A stretch of DNA of 64,000 bases, taken from NCBI GenBank assembly GCA_963828195.1, contig CAWHDT010000004.1, forward strand, positions 1-64,000. Reading direction: 5' to 3'. The stretch comes from Candidatus Bathyarchaeota archaeon (lineage in GTDB: Archaea > Thermoproteota > Bathyarchaeia > Bathyarchaeales > Bathycorpusculaceae). Each line of letters begins with the position of its first letter. Positions within the stretch are counted from its first letter, which is position 1. Positions 18,317-27,649 of this stretch are shown here, piece by piece. The translations under genes were made by a program, and so were the position numbers. The notes beneath the pieces were generated by a model. The model was not told the DNA's origin. It saw only the letters and a program-made list of their open reading frames with translations, and did not search any database.

Positions 18317-18904
18317 TTGCAAATTAACTGGAAAGAATGGAATCGAAATGACCTGATCTACGGCATCATTGCGCCAGTTTTAGTAGTTCTGTTAATTGTT
18401 TTTATTTCAAAACTCGGGGTCTTGTTTGGAGGCGGATTTGGTGTTACCTATGGCATAACAATGGAACTGGAAGAATTAGTCGTAATAGCAGTTGTTCCAA
18501 TGATGTTTGGTTTGCTGTGGAACCGGTGGGCTGGAGGAGCTTCTGGATTTTTAATGGGCAGTTTCTATGCGCTTTACTGGGCAAATAGCTTTCACGGTAT
18601 GCGAGGTTCTGGTACAGTTCTGTTAGCTTACATACTTAGTGCTATGCTAATTGGTTACATGACGGGGGCATTAAATAAACGCTCAGAAAATTTCTTTAGA
18701 ATGGTAATCTCAGGCATGACAGCTGGAACAATTGGGGGAATAATGCTCTTCAGCATTTTTCAACTTTCAAGCGCAAATGTAGTAACTGGGTTAAATGGCT
18801 TCTTGCTTTCGGTGTTAACCAGAACAGCAGTCGGCGCCGTAGTAGCTATTATCGCCAAGGTCTCTATGTGGTATGGATTAACAGCAAACAAAAGCCATAT
18901 TTAG
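18317..18904 (+). CDS. Multi-pass membrane protein, ECF S-component-like
   Basis: ~195 aa, about 6 TM helices, GLLWNRWAGGASG resembles the S-component Gxxxg motif. Confidence 0.6.
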   Translation: MQINWKEWNRNDLIYGIIAPVLVVLLIVFISKLGVLFGGGFGVTYGITMELEELVVIAVVPMMFGLLWNRWAGGASGFLMGSFYALYWANSFHGMRGSGTVLLAYILSAMLIGYMTGALNKRSENFFRMVISGMTAGTIGGIMLFSIFQLSSANVVTGLNGFLLSVLTRTAVGAVVAIIAKVSMWYGLTANKSHI

Positions 18905-18989
18905 ATTCATTGTCTCGCATAAAAGTTTCACAATATAAAGACAATTGCTTTTTTATTAAAAAGAGCTGCTGATACGCGTAAATTTTGTG

Positions 18990-19412
18990 GGGCGATGCCT
19001 ATTTCTTTAAGCCAGTTTTTTGTTTTTTCGTCAATTTTGTCTCGAATTTCACTGAACTTAGCTAATTTTTTCGTTTATGTTCACTGAAAAGCTGCCGGGT
19101 CTTGAAGCGCCAATACAATCTTGTAAATACATCTAGTATGCTTTGACACTCCTCTTCTGCTTCCTCACATACCGTTATAACCATTCCAAAATGAACCTTC
19201 CCAAGATATACTTCAAAATCTTTAGGATGCCGGTCACTTGAGTCACATTCGATTTTATTCATAACTTTGACGGCGTAGGATGAATTGATCTGGGGTCAAA
19301 AACCTAAGCTTTAAACCTCAAATTGGTCACCCGCATATTTTCTTAGAATGCTTCAGCCATTTGGCTTCGGGCTGAATTTCCCTCAAATAGAAAACGACTT
19401 TGGTCTTTTCAA
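18990..19412 (-). pseudogene. arsC: Degenerate arsenate reductase (third arsC copy)
   Basis: Fragments NSARSQMAEA, LRKYAGDQFEV, YAVKVM, VITVCEEAEEEC, TRLYW, FEDPAAF, KLAKFSEIRDKI spread over several frames with stops. Confidence 0.85.
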
Positions 19413-19428
19413 GCGCATGCTTGCTCAA

Positions 19429-19902
19429 TTAAGAAAACTTTTCAATAATCCATGCTTTAATTTCATCTCTCGTTTTACGGAATGCGTTGAGTTTTTCTTC
19501 TTCCGTTCCTTCCACGTCGGAAGGGTCGTCGAAGGGGTGATCCAAATAATCCTTTGATTTGGGAAGTCTTGTAGTAATCAACTCGGGCTTGCCCATAACG
19601 ATTGGTGAGGCACAAATTGCGCAGTTTATTTTTGAGCTGCTGTGGCAAACTGACACAACCAAGTCGATGTAGACGTCTTTGAAAACATCAAGGCTTTTAG
19701 AATATTGCCCAGAAATATCGATTCCTATTTCGGCCATAACTTTGATAGCTAGTGGGTTAACATGTGTAGGGTTCGTTCCTGCACTAAAAACTTCATACTT
19801 GTCGCCGTAAAGGTGTCTAAGCAATCCTTCTGCTAGTTGAGATCGGGCGGAATTATGAGTGCACAAAAACAAAACTTTTGTTTTAGCCATAAGACTCACC
19901 AA
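19429..19902 (-). CDS. arsC: Arsenate reductase, LMW-PTP fold (thioredoxin type), with Cys-containing insertion
   Basis: CTHNSARSQ P-loop, SAGT.P, VSVC, FDDP. Confidence 0.9.
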   Translation of the reverse strand: MVSLMAKTKVLFLCTHNSARSQLAEGLLRHLYGDKYEVFSAGTNPTHVNPLAIKVMAEIGIDISGQYSKSLDVFKDVYIDLVVSVCHSSSKINCAICASPIVMGKPELITTRLPKSKDYLDHPFDDPSDVEGTEEEKLNAFRKTRDEIKAWIIEKFS

Positions 19903-19967
19903 AGAGATTCTTTTTGAAATATAAAAGCATCGTCAATATATTCTATATATCGAGACTTTTTACGCTT

Positions 19968-20336
19968 TCAGGTGGTCCAGAAAGAAAAAACTTCAAGCTT
20001 CTCTTTCTCAAATTGCTTCTTCAAAATATCCTTAACTTCGTCTTCATCCAGATTGAAAACGCCTTTTTTATCTTTGTGCAAGGGGATTCCTGTTTCTCTG
20101 AGCCTTTCGCCTTTGGGGAAGTCAAGGAAGATGTAGTAGCGTTTGTCGTGAAGCATTATAATTCTTAACACTGTCAGTTCCTTGTTTGGGGAAAAGCCGT
20201 TTTGTTCGAGAATATAAACGATTGATTTAGGTTTTTTTTCAGTAACAAGTTGCTTGAATTCGTCCCAGCGTCTAACCCTCAGGTTATCGTCATTCATGCA
20301 TTTACCACTTATTTCCTGCTCAGGATGTTGAAGCAT
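19968..20336 (-). CDS. Hypothetical protein inside ars cluster
   Basis: Co-oriented ORF between two arsC genes; globular composition; no recognised motif. Confidence 0.7.
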   Translation of the reverse strand: MLQHPEQEISGKCMNDDNLRVRRWDEFKQLVTEKKPKSIVYILEQNGFSPNKELTVLRIIMLHDKRYYIFLDFPKGERLRETGIPLHKDKKGVFNLDEDEVKDILKKQFEKEKLEVFSFWTT

Positions 20337-20435
20337 ATTTTTGAGTTTGTAGTGATTTGTACAACTTGGTCCAAATCTTTTGTTTAATCGTTAATTATCA
20401 ATTTTCAAATTTGTCGATCGCCCGTTAATCCGCGG

Positions 20436-20876
20436 TTAGTCGGCTACAGGAATCTTCCTTTCCTTTAGGAAGTCTTTAACATATTCTTGTATCAGGTTTC
20501 TAACTTCCCTGAATTTAGCTATCTTTTGTTCTTCCGTACCTTCAAAACCACTTGGGTCTTCAATATTCCAATATAACCTTGTTGAAGGTCCTGGAATGGT
20601 TGGGCAGTCTTCTTCCTCTCCTTTCTTGCAAACAGTAATTGCAATTCCAAAGTATTCATTTCTTGATAATTGCCAAAGGTCTTTAGGTTTCTGTTTAGAT
20701 ATGTCATAGCCGATTTCTTGCATAACTTTGATGGCGTAGGGATGCAGAGGCTGCGGGTTAAACCCAGCACTATATGCATCAAAATAGTCTCCTCCATACT
20801 TTCTAAGAAAAGCTTCAGCCATTTGACTTCTCGCTGAGTTATGTGTACACAAAAAGATAACCTTTGTTTTAGTCAA
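20436..20876 (-). CDS. arsC: Arsenate reductase, LMW-PTP fold (thioredoxin type)
   Basis: CTHNSARSQMAE, ITVC...CP, WNIEDP. Confidence 0.93.
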   Translation of the reverse strand: MTKTKVIFLCTHNSARSQMAEAFLRKYGGDYFDAYSAGFNPQPLHPYAIKVMQEIGYDISKQKPKDLWQLSRNEYFGIAITVCKKGEEEDCPTIPGPSTRLYWNIEDPSGFEGTEEQKIAKFREVRNLIQEYVKDFLKERKIPVAD

Positions 20877-20887
20877 GTCAACCCCAC

Positions 20888-21979
20888 CTAAAGCTTATTA
20901 TTGGTATCTTCGTCTTTGTAATATTTCTTTCTCAACCATAAAGCAACATTAACTAAACCTATCATGACTGGGACTTCTATTAATGGTCCTATTACAGCCG
21001 CGAATGCTTCTTGTGATGCTAAACCGAACACTGCGACGGCGACGGCTATGGCCAATTCAAAGTTGTTGCTAGCAGCGGTAAAAGAAAGCGAAGTTGTTCT
21101 TTTGTAACCCAGTTTAGAGGCGTGTCCTATTGCGAATGCTACTGAAAACATAATTACGAAGTAAGCTAAAAGTGGAATGGCGACTCTGACAACATCAAGC
21201 GGCAAACTCACTATGTACCCGCCCTTAAGTGAGAACATGACTACAATAGTGAAGAGCAACGCGATCAGCGAAAGATGACTTAGTTTATGCATTAAATTGT
21301 GTTCGTACCATTCTTTGCCTTTCATTTTCAGCAAGTAGTATCTGGTTACGATTCCAGCGAAGAATGGGATTCCCAAGTAAATCGCCACTGACTGAGCTAC
21401 CTGCAGAAGTGAGATGTTAACGATTTGTCCTGAGCCCGAAATCCACCCGCTGGCTATCGTTATGTAAAAGTACGCCAGAACCGAGTACATAACTATCTGG
21501 AAAATAGAGTTTATCGCGACAAGTAGGGCTGTCCATTCGTTGTCGCCTTCTGCAAGGTTATTCCAGACGATAACCATGGCGATGCAGCGGGCTATGCCGA
21601 TGAGGATTATGCCGTTTCGCAAGTCAGGATAGGCACCGAGAAACACCCAAGCTAAAACAAACATCAATAATGGTCCGATTACCCAGTTAAGCGTGAGCGA
21701 CTCAGTAAGCATGGTTTTTGAGCCTTTGGCGGTTACCACCTTCTTTAGGTCTTCATAGCGTACCCTTGCAAGAGGAGGATACATCATCAAAATCAAACCA
21801 ACAGCTATAGGAATTGATGTCGTTCCGATACTCAATGACCCTATTGCGCTAGACACTTTCGGGTAAACATAGCCTATCGCAACTCCAGCCGCCATTGCCA
21901 AAAATATCCAAACGGTGAGAAATTTGCTTAACCATGAAAGATGCGGCTTAGGCTTATTGGCTGGAGTTGGCACGCACAT
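20888..21979 (-). CDS. acr3: Arsenite efflux transporter Acr3
   Basis: [44 protein letters not shown]. Confidence 0.96.
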   Translation of the reverse strand: MCVPTPANKPKPHLSWLSKFLTVWIFLAMAAGVAIGYVYPKVSSAIGSLSIGTTSIPIAVGLILMMYPPLARVRYEDLKKVVTAKGSKTMLTESLTLNWVIGPLLMFVLAWVFLGAYPDLRNGIILIGIARCIAMVIVWNNLAEGDNEWTALLVAINSIFQIVMYSVLAYFYITIASGWISGSGQIVNISLLQVAQSVAIYLGIPFFAGIVTRYYLLKMKGKEWYEHNLMHKLSHLSLIALLFTIVVMFSLKGGYIVSLPLDVVRVAIPLLAYFVIMFSVAFAIGHASKLGYKRTTSLSFTAASNNFELAIAVAVAVFGLASQEAFAAVIGPLIEVPVMIGLVNVALWLRKKYYKDEDTNNKL

Positions 21980-21984
21980 GCTAT

Positions 21985-22272
21985 TTACCTTGCCTGGGTT
22001 TCCCGCAGTTTTCTGATTATTTGTCGAGTCTCAGTTTTGGAAGGGTGACTAATTGCGCCTGCTGGGCAGAGTGCATCGCAGCCATTGCACAGGATTACGC
22101 AGTTGTTTGGGTTCTTCACGATCGGCTTCTTTTCACCCTCGCTCTCTTCAAATTCGTAGGTACCCAGTTTGCAGTATTCTACGCATTTTCCGCAGCGGAT
22201 ACATTTTGCGTTGTTTATTGTTGGGTTCCAAGGGATTTTGCTTCGGGGGATTCCGTGCCAAGTTTCTGACAT
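21985..22272 (-). CDS. 2[4Fe-4S] ferredoxin-family protein
   Basis: [11 protein letters not shown] and [13 protein letters not shown] clusters. Confidence 0.9.
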   Translation of the reverse strand: MSETWHGIPRSKIPWNPTINNAKCIRCGKCVEYCKLGTYEFEESEGEKKPIVKNPNNCVILCNGCDALCPAGAISHPSKTETRQIIRKLRETQAR

Positions 22273-22316
22273 GTTTTCGCCTACATTTTGTTACTTAAAT
22301 TGACATTCATAGCAAC

Positions 22317-22326
22317 TTTTAAATAT
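22317..22326 (+). promoter_or_regulatory. TATA box of the probably leaderless arsR-arsM transcript (divergent ars promoter region)
   Basis: TTTTAAATAT ending 24 nt before the arsR ATG. Confidence 0.5.
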
Positions 22327-22349
22327 TGTTATTGACTCTGAGTTAAACC

Positions 22350-22679
22350 ATGTCTGCAAAAGTCGAAAACCAAAACCGCTTCAAATCAATAGTTTTCCAT
22401 GCACTCTCCGACCCCATCAGACTTGAAATCCTCTCCTTTCTGCGCGACGGCGAAAAATGCGTGTGCGAAATTGTTCCGCGCCTTAACCTAATTCAGCCGC
22501 TGGTCTCGCGTCACCTAAAAATCCTCAAAGACGCCGGAGTCATAAGGTGCAGAAAAGAGGGAACCAAACGGATGTACTCAATCGTTGACCAAAGAATCTA
22601 CGCGGTAACCGACAACTTGACGCCAGAGCTTGTGGAAGCTTTGACGAAAGAGGTTTTTGAGCACATGACTTGCAGCTAA
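22350..22679 (+). CDS. arsR: ArsR/SmtB family repressor
   Basis: FHALSDPIRLEIL, EKCVCEI As(III)-binding motif, VSRHLKIL. Confidence 0.93.
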   Translation: MSAKVENQNRFKSIVFHALSDPIRLEILSFLRDGEKCVCEIVPRLNLIQPLVSRHLKILKDAGVIRCRKEGTKRMYSIVDQRIYAVTDNLTPELVEALTKEVFEHMTCS

Positions 22680-22694
22680 ACCGGAAGTGGATTT

Positions 22695-23522
22695 ATGAAA
22701 GAAGAAAAAATCAAAAAACTTGTTCGAAAACGATACGCAAAAGTAGCCAAAACCAGCGGATCATGCTGCGCTTCACCCATCAGCTGCTGCTCCGCTCCAA
22801 CCAGCAAAGAAGTAAGCAATAAGGTAGGCTACAGCGAAGATGAGATGGCGGCGGTTCCTGAGGGCGCAAATCTGGGTCTTGGCTGCGGCAACCCAACGGC
22901 GATGGCGTCGCTTAAAGAAGGCGAAACCGTTCTTGACTTGGGCGCAGGTGCAGGGTTTGACTGCTTCTTAGCCGCCAACAAAGTGGGCAAGAAGGGCAAA
23001 GTGATCGGCGTTGACATGACTCCTGAAATGATTGACAAGGCAAGAGCAAACGCCAGGAAAGGAAAATACACAAACGTTGAGTTTAGACTGGGAGAAATTG
23101 AGAACCTTCCAGCCGCGGACAACTCGGTTGACATCGTAATTTCAAACTGCGTAATCAATCTCTCGCCCAATAAGAAACGTGTTTTTGAGGAAGCTTTCCG
23201 AGTTCTTTCACCCAAGGGCCGATTGATGGTTTCAGATATAGTTCTTTTAAAAGAGCTTCCGCAGGCCATTCGCGAAAACGTTGAAGCCTATGCAGGTTGC
23301 ATCGCGGGTGCAGAAATCAAGGAAAAATACCTTGAGCTGATAGGGAATGCTGGGTTTCAAGAAGTAAAAGCAGTTGAAGAAAAAACATATCCGCTTGAAT
23401 ACATCATTAGCGAATCTGCAACCCAGGAAATCGTCAAAAGTTTAGGGCTTACGCAGGAACAGGTGAAAGAAGCAGCAAACTCCATTGTAAGCGTAAAAGT
23501 GTCCGCAGTAAAAACAAACTAA
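22695..23522 (+). CDS. arsM: Arsenite S-adenosylmethionine methyltransferase
   Basis: N-terminal CC pairs, LGLGCGNP, LDLGAGAGFD, ISNCVINL, GCIAGA. Confidence 0.95.
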   Translation: MKEEKIKKLVRKRYAKVAKTSGSCCASPISCCSAPTSKEVSNKVGYSEDEMAAVPEGANLGLGCGNPTAMASLKEGETVLDLGAGAGFDCFLAANKVGKKGKVIGVDMTPEMIDKARANARKGKYTNVEFRLGEIENLPAADNSVDIVISNCVINLSPNKKRVFEEAFRVLSPKGRLMVSDIVLLKELPQAIRENVEAYAGCIAGAEIKEKYLELIGNAGFQEVKAVEEKTYPLEYIISESATQEIVKSLGLTQEQVKEAANSIVSVKVSAVKTN

Positions 23523-23638
23523 TTGACCAAAGAATATTTTTGCTTACCCTTCTGATTTTAATAGAGAATCTAAGGGGAAAACTGCTCAAAACCGCTTTGA
23601 TTATCTTTATATGGCTTTTGCGACATAACCCTCTATAG

Positions 23639-24196
23639 ATGCTTGCCAACAAAAAACATAAGCTCTCATGCAAAGTCTGGATTGAATACAAAGATGAACC
23701 CTTAATTGGCAGGGGCGGAGCAGAAATTCTTGAAGCTATCGAAAATGAAAACTCGATTTCTAAAGCTGCAGAAACCTTAGGGATGTCTTACCGTTATGTC
23801 TGGAATTACTTGCATGACATCCAAAAGACGCTTGGGGAGCCCATTGTTGAAACTTTCAAAGGCGGAAAAGCCGGCGGCGGAGGAGCAAAGTTAACTGATT
23901 TAGGCAGAGGCTTGCTTGAGGAGTATAAGCAGGTCGAGAGCTACTTCGGCAAGGTTTTATCTAATTCGGGCAGTTTGGAGGTGAAAGCATTGAAGTTAAG
24001 TGCAAGAAACCGTTTTAAAGGAAAAGTCATAGCTGTTGAGAAAGGCGTTATCACGGCCAAAGTAAAGGTTGAAGTTAAAATGCCAGTTACAGTCACAGCG
24101 GTCATAACTAAGGACGCAGTTGAAGACTTAGACATTAAAGTCGGCGACGAAGTAGAAGCAATCGTAAAATCAACAGAAGTAATGATCGCCAAATAG
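23639..24196 (+). CDS. modE: ModE-family regulator (HTH + TOBE/Mop domain)
   Basis: SISKAAETLGMSYR, GGKAGGGAKLT, SARNRFKG, VKSTEVMI. Confidence 0.85.
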   Translation: MLANKKHKLSCKVWIEYKDEPLIGRGGAEILEAIENENSISKAAETLGMSYRYVWNYLHDIQKTLGEPIVETFKGGKAGGGGAKLTDLGRGLLEEYKQVESYFGKVLSNSGSLEVKALKLSARNRFKGKVIAVEKGVITAKVKVEVKMPVTVTAVITKDAVEDLDIKVGDEVEAIVKSTEVMIAK

Positions 24197-24340
24197 TTTT
24201 TTCCCAATTAGCCCTTAAGTTAAGCCAACGTTCCGATAATTATCTCGAGTTAGTAACCCCTTTTTTAGAACATTGTTTGCAGCGTAAAAAACTGCTTTTT
24301 TTAACTAAAGGTTAAACTAAAAAAGTGATATTTCAGTTTT

Positions 24341-24895
24341 TTATTCTACAACATATCTGTAGGTGATGTGTTCGCCCGCTGTTGTGCTTTTTCTGGTGAT
24401 TTTGAGTACGTCGCCTGGTTTGGCGCCGATCGCTTTGACCGCTGGGTCGCCTGACTCTATCTGCGGCATCTGGTAGGGCTTGACTTTGTATTGTGCAAGA
24501 AGCTGGTTCTTTTCTTTTTCGCTCAGGATTTCGTGGAGAGGAACAAGGGCGTGCTCGAAAATGTCGAAGACTGGGAAAGACTTGGGTAGCAGTTCAACCT
24601 GTTTCTTTTTTGCGCCAAGCTTAACGGCGTGCGTGTAGCGTCCTTCGGTAACTACTATGGCGCGGTCGATTTCTTTTTCTTTCATCACTTTGTAGAGTGT
24701 GTTCATTGCGGCGATGCCTACGGTGGCTTCACCTAAGATGCACCAGACGATTGCTTTTTCTTTGTCTTGTGGAATATCGATGATGTAGCTTATTTCGCCG
24801 TCGTGTTTTTCTTTTTCAAGCAGTTTGTATTTTCTAAGTTTAATCAGTACTTCTGCCTTGCGTTCTTCAATTGTTTCCGTTTTAGCGCTCAACAT
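24341..24895 (-). CDS. rpoH: RNA polymerase subunit Rpo5/RpoH with RPB5-like N-terminal extension
   Basis: C-terminal [10 protein letters not shown]...[29 protein letters not shown]...YRYV; ~110 extra N-terminal residues. Confidence 0.92.
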   Translation of the reverse strand: MLSAKTETIEERKAEVLIKLRKYKLLEKEKHDGEISYIIDIPQDKEKAIVWCILGEATVGIAAMNTLYKVMKEKEIDRAIVVTEGRYTHAVKLGAKKKQVELLPKSFPVFDIFEHALVPLHEILSEKEKNQLLAQYKVKPYQMPQIESGDPAVKAIGAKPGDVLKITRKSTTAGEHITYRYVVE

Positions 24896-25116
24896 AAAAC
24901 CTCAAGATGGGAATACGCGAAACCATAACAAACTATTACCCTTAAACTTTTCCCCTGAAAAAAGCGTGACAGAGCAGAATTTCAAGGTTTCCGCACAACG
25001 GCAGCTGGAAGTCCCCGATTTCCTTTTAAAACTTGGATTTTTTACCTGTTTAACGAAAGAACAGTAAGGTTTCGCCGCGGTGCTTTCTACATTCAAAAAT
25101 GGCTGGTTTTGAAGGG

Positions 25117-25160
25117 AAGAAGAACAACAGTTGCTCCCTAGGTGTTGTTGTTCTTTAAAA
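25117..25160 (+). repeat. Dispersed element, hairpin-B-only copy
   Basis: AAGAAGAACAACAGTTGCTCCCTAGGTGTTGTTGTTCTTTAAAA matches hairpin B of 2539 and 33089. Confidence 0.8.
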
Positions 25161-25348
25161 GCTGAAACGAGAGAGCTACACCTCCCCATTATCAACAACA
25201 AAAATCTAACAGTAAAAATAAGCCACCTTCGCCTGACATTGCCACCGACCGCTGGAAGGCAAACCCGTAGAATGCTGGAAATGCAAAATTTTTATACTTA
25301 CAGTATCCATTTAAGTTTGGATAGTGCCACTTCGGTGTTAACCCAAAA

Positions 25349-25894
25349 ATGACCAGCAGCACCCAAACAATAACTAAAGGGGAGACGGCGAGTTTTGAAG
25401 CCTCGAAGATCGTCGGGTTAATCTCTGATACGCATGTTCCTAAAAGAGCTAAGTGCATTCCCCAGAAAGTGTTCGAGGTCTTAAAAGATGCAGACTTCAT
25501 TATTCACGCTGGCGACTTAGTAGACTTATCAGTAATTGATGACCTAGAGCAGATTGCGCCGGTTTTAGCCGTCCATGGAAACATGGATACCCAAGAAGTC
25601 AACGGCATTTTACCCGAAATTAACTCTCTTAAAATTTTCGGGTGGAAAATAGGTGTAATGCATGACCCAAACGTTTACCAAGGTTCAGGCAAGATGGAGA
25701 AAATCGCCCAAGAAAACGGCTTCGACGTTCTTGTTTACGGGCATACCCACAGCGCTAAAATTAAATGGGAAGGAAAAAACCTCTTCATTAACCCAGGGAG
25801 CCCAACTGACCCAGCATCCTTCATGAATAAACCATCGGTTGGATTGCTAAAAATAACGAAGCAAACCATATCGCCACAAATAATCAATCTTTAA
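25349..25894 (+). CDS. YfcE/MJ0936/Vps29-family metallophosphoesterase
   Basis: ISDTH, HAGD, VHGNMD, GHTH, NPGS motifs. Confidence 0.93.
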   Translation: MTSSTQTITKGETASFEASKIVGLISDTHVPKRAKCIPQKVFEVLKDADFIIHAGDLVDLSVIDDLEQIAPVLAVHGNMDTQEVNGILPEINSLKIFGWKIGVMHDPNVYQGSGKMEKIAQENGFDVLVYGHTHSAKIKWEGKNLFINPGSPTDPASFMNKPSVGLLKITKQTISPQIINL

Positions 25895-26349
25895 CCCATC
25901 AGAGCAGCCCAATAAAGAATTGTATACAAAGCAATTCCAAGAGACAACGTTACAAGCCACACTATCATGGTCCAACGCATAACAGTTTTTCGTGTAAAGC
26001 AACCCGTTATGTCTTGAAAGCGCCAAGAAGCCACGAGCCAAACACCAAGCGACAGCGCCAAGACTCCAAGCGGCACATGAATCAAAATGACAACAGAGGT
26101 TATCCCAGATGTGTGGGCAAAAACATATTGGGGAAGAATAGCTAGCGCAAAAGATGGAATCATAATTCCAAAAACAAACGCCAAATGCAAAAACAATGCG
26201 GTAGCCATTACAAATCCGTGACGCCGAAAAACCATACGCCGTTTAAGCGTATAACCGTAAATAAGCAAAAATAAAACGATGATTTGAACGGTTAAACTTG
26301 CGGTTGCAACTATTGCAAAAGGATTATTGAAAAGAGACATCAAAGTCAA
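25891..26349 (-). CDS. 4-TM membrane protein, DUF420/cytochrome b561-like
   Basis: Four TM helices with His residues (RRHG..M, IHVPLG). Confidence 0.65.
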   Translation of the reverse strand: MTLMSLFNNPFAIVATASLTVQIIVLFLLIYGYTLKRRMVFRRHGFVMATALFLHLAFVFGIMIPSFALAILPQYVFAHTSGITSVVILIHVPLGVLALSLGVWLVASWRFQDITGCFTRKTVMRWTMIVWLVTLSLGIALYTILYWAALMG

Positions 26350-26475
26350 CTTATTTCTTTAATTGCTAAGCGTATAAAGTTTACTTTCACTCACCCCTCC
26401 ACTCGTCCAAACAGTCGGTTCTGCAACCGTCTTATAAGCATCAAATGGTAAAGCGGTGTTTCAGAGGTAAAATGT

Positions 26476-26613
26476 ATGGAGCATTGTAAAAACCCTTGGA
26501 AAGACGATTGCAAAAGTGAAAACATCAAGCTGTACATTCAGATAAAAGGCGAAAAATTACCCATCTGCCAACAGTGCTGGAGCAAAATAGCTGACCAGGA
26601 ACAAGAGTGGTGA
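26476..26613 (+). CDS. 45-aa zinc-finger microprotein (not in ORF track)
   Basis: MEHCKNPWKDDCKSENIKLYIQIKGEKLPICQQCWSKIADQEQEW; GAGGT RBS upstream; stop 1 nt before the next ORF. Confidence 0.75.
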   Translation: MEHCKNPWKDDCKSENIKLYIQIKGEKLPICQQCWSKIADQEQEW

Positions 26614-26614
26614 A

Positions 26615-26857
26615 GTGGCAATGGAGAACTTTAGCGTTAACTGTGCGAAATCCTATATCGGAAAAAACGTTAACCTGCACCTAAAAGACGGAGCGGTCAT
26701 AATAAACGTGCAACTGCTCGGAATCCACAGGGGTTCAGGAAAAAACAGCCTGATAGAATACACTCCCCATGGAAACAGCAGAGCCGCCCGCATGCCGCTT
26801 AGGAATGTCGCTTGGGCTGAATTGATAAATTCAATTTTGCTGCAAAAAGCCGCCTAA
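26615..26857 (+). CDS. Small protein, possible Sm/SH3-like beta fold
   Basis: YIGKNVNLHLKDG resembles the Sm1 motif; translationally coupled to the Zn-finger microprotein. Confidence 0.65.
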   Translation: MAMENFSVNCAKSYIGKNVNLHLKDGAVIINVQLLGIHRGSGKNSLIEYTPHGNSRAARMPLRNVAWAELINSILLQKAA

Positions 26858-26908
26858 ACATCTCTAGCTAAGATAAAAGCAAAAATATAACCAAAATACT
26901 TCAAGCTT

Positions 26909-27289
26909 ATGCGTTGTTCAAACTGCGGTGTTTGCTGCACAGAAACTGAAATGCTTCTATCCAAGAAAGACATCATTCGCTTAGAAAATAAAGGGTTCAG
27001 CAGAAAAGACTTTGTGAAATACGACAAACAAGGCTATGCACAACTCGAAAATCGGGAGGGCTACTGCGTTTTCTACGACCAAAAGAAACGCCGATGCAAC
27101 GTTTACGCTGATCGTCCTTCAGGTTGTCGAGTTTACCCGGTTATTTTGGATGAAGACATAGGGATAGTTTTAGATGACATTTGTGATTCAAGAAAAACCA
27201 TTACAGAAAAAGAGAAAAGATCAAAGGGCAAAAGAGTGATTACACTTTTAGAGAAAATAGACAAAGAAGCAGCAAACAGGCGCGCTTAA
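26909..27289 (+). CDS. YkgJ family CxxCxxCC cysteine-cluster protein
   Basis: CSNCGVCC, C.FYD, C.VY..RP..CR.YP. Confidence 0.9.
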   Translation: MRCSNCGVCCTETEMLLSKKDIIRLENKGFSRKDFVKYDKQGYAQLENREGYCVFYDQKKRRCNVYADRPSGCRVYPVILDEDIGIVLDDICDSRKTITEKEKRSKGKRVITLLEKIDKEAANRRA

Positions 27290-27373
27290 TTTTCTTTGGA
27301 AAATCAGAAGTTACTTCTTGCTGCTTTTGGGTGGGCTAATTGCCGGCGGGGTATTTTGCGTCTTTTTCTATTT

Positions 27374-27514
27374 TCATTCTTTAGATGTCTTGTCCTTAGC
27401 AAGCAAATAGTCAACGTACTTTCTTATAGTTAAGTTGTTTTCTTTGGCTCTTTTCTTGATTTCTTCGTGAACTTTGTCGGTGACGGTGACGCATTTGTAT
27501 CCTTTTCGTGGCAA
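27374..27514 (-). CDS. 46-aa ribbon-helix-helix-like protein (not in ORF track)
   Basis: TTG start; MPRKGYKCVTVTDKVHEEIKKRAKENNLTIRKYVDYLLAKDKTSKE; GGGAGA RBS and TATA upstream. Confidence 0.72.
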   Translation of the reverse strand: MPRKGYKCVTVTDKVHEEIKKRAKENNLTIRKYVDYLLAKDKTSKE

Positions 27515-27649
27515 ACTCTCTATCTCCCTTCGTACTTTACGGTACGATTGAATATATAATTAACGGTGAAACAAAATGATGAAACACAATTTTATCGTGA
27601 AACCTTATATAAATGTACGTTCGCTAACTATGATTAAGAGGGGAACAAA

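Noticed and set aside
19062-19262. 66-aa ORF as an intact gene
   Set aside because: It is an internal fragment of the arsC pseudogene
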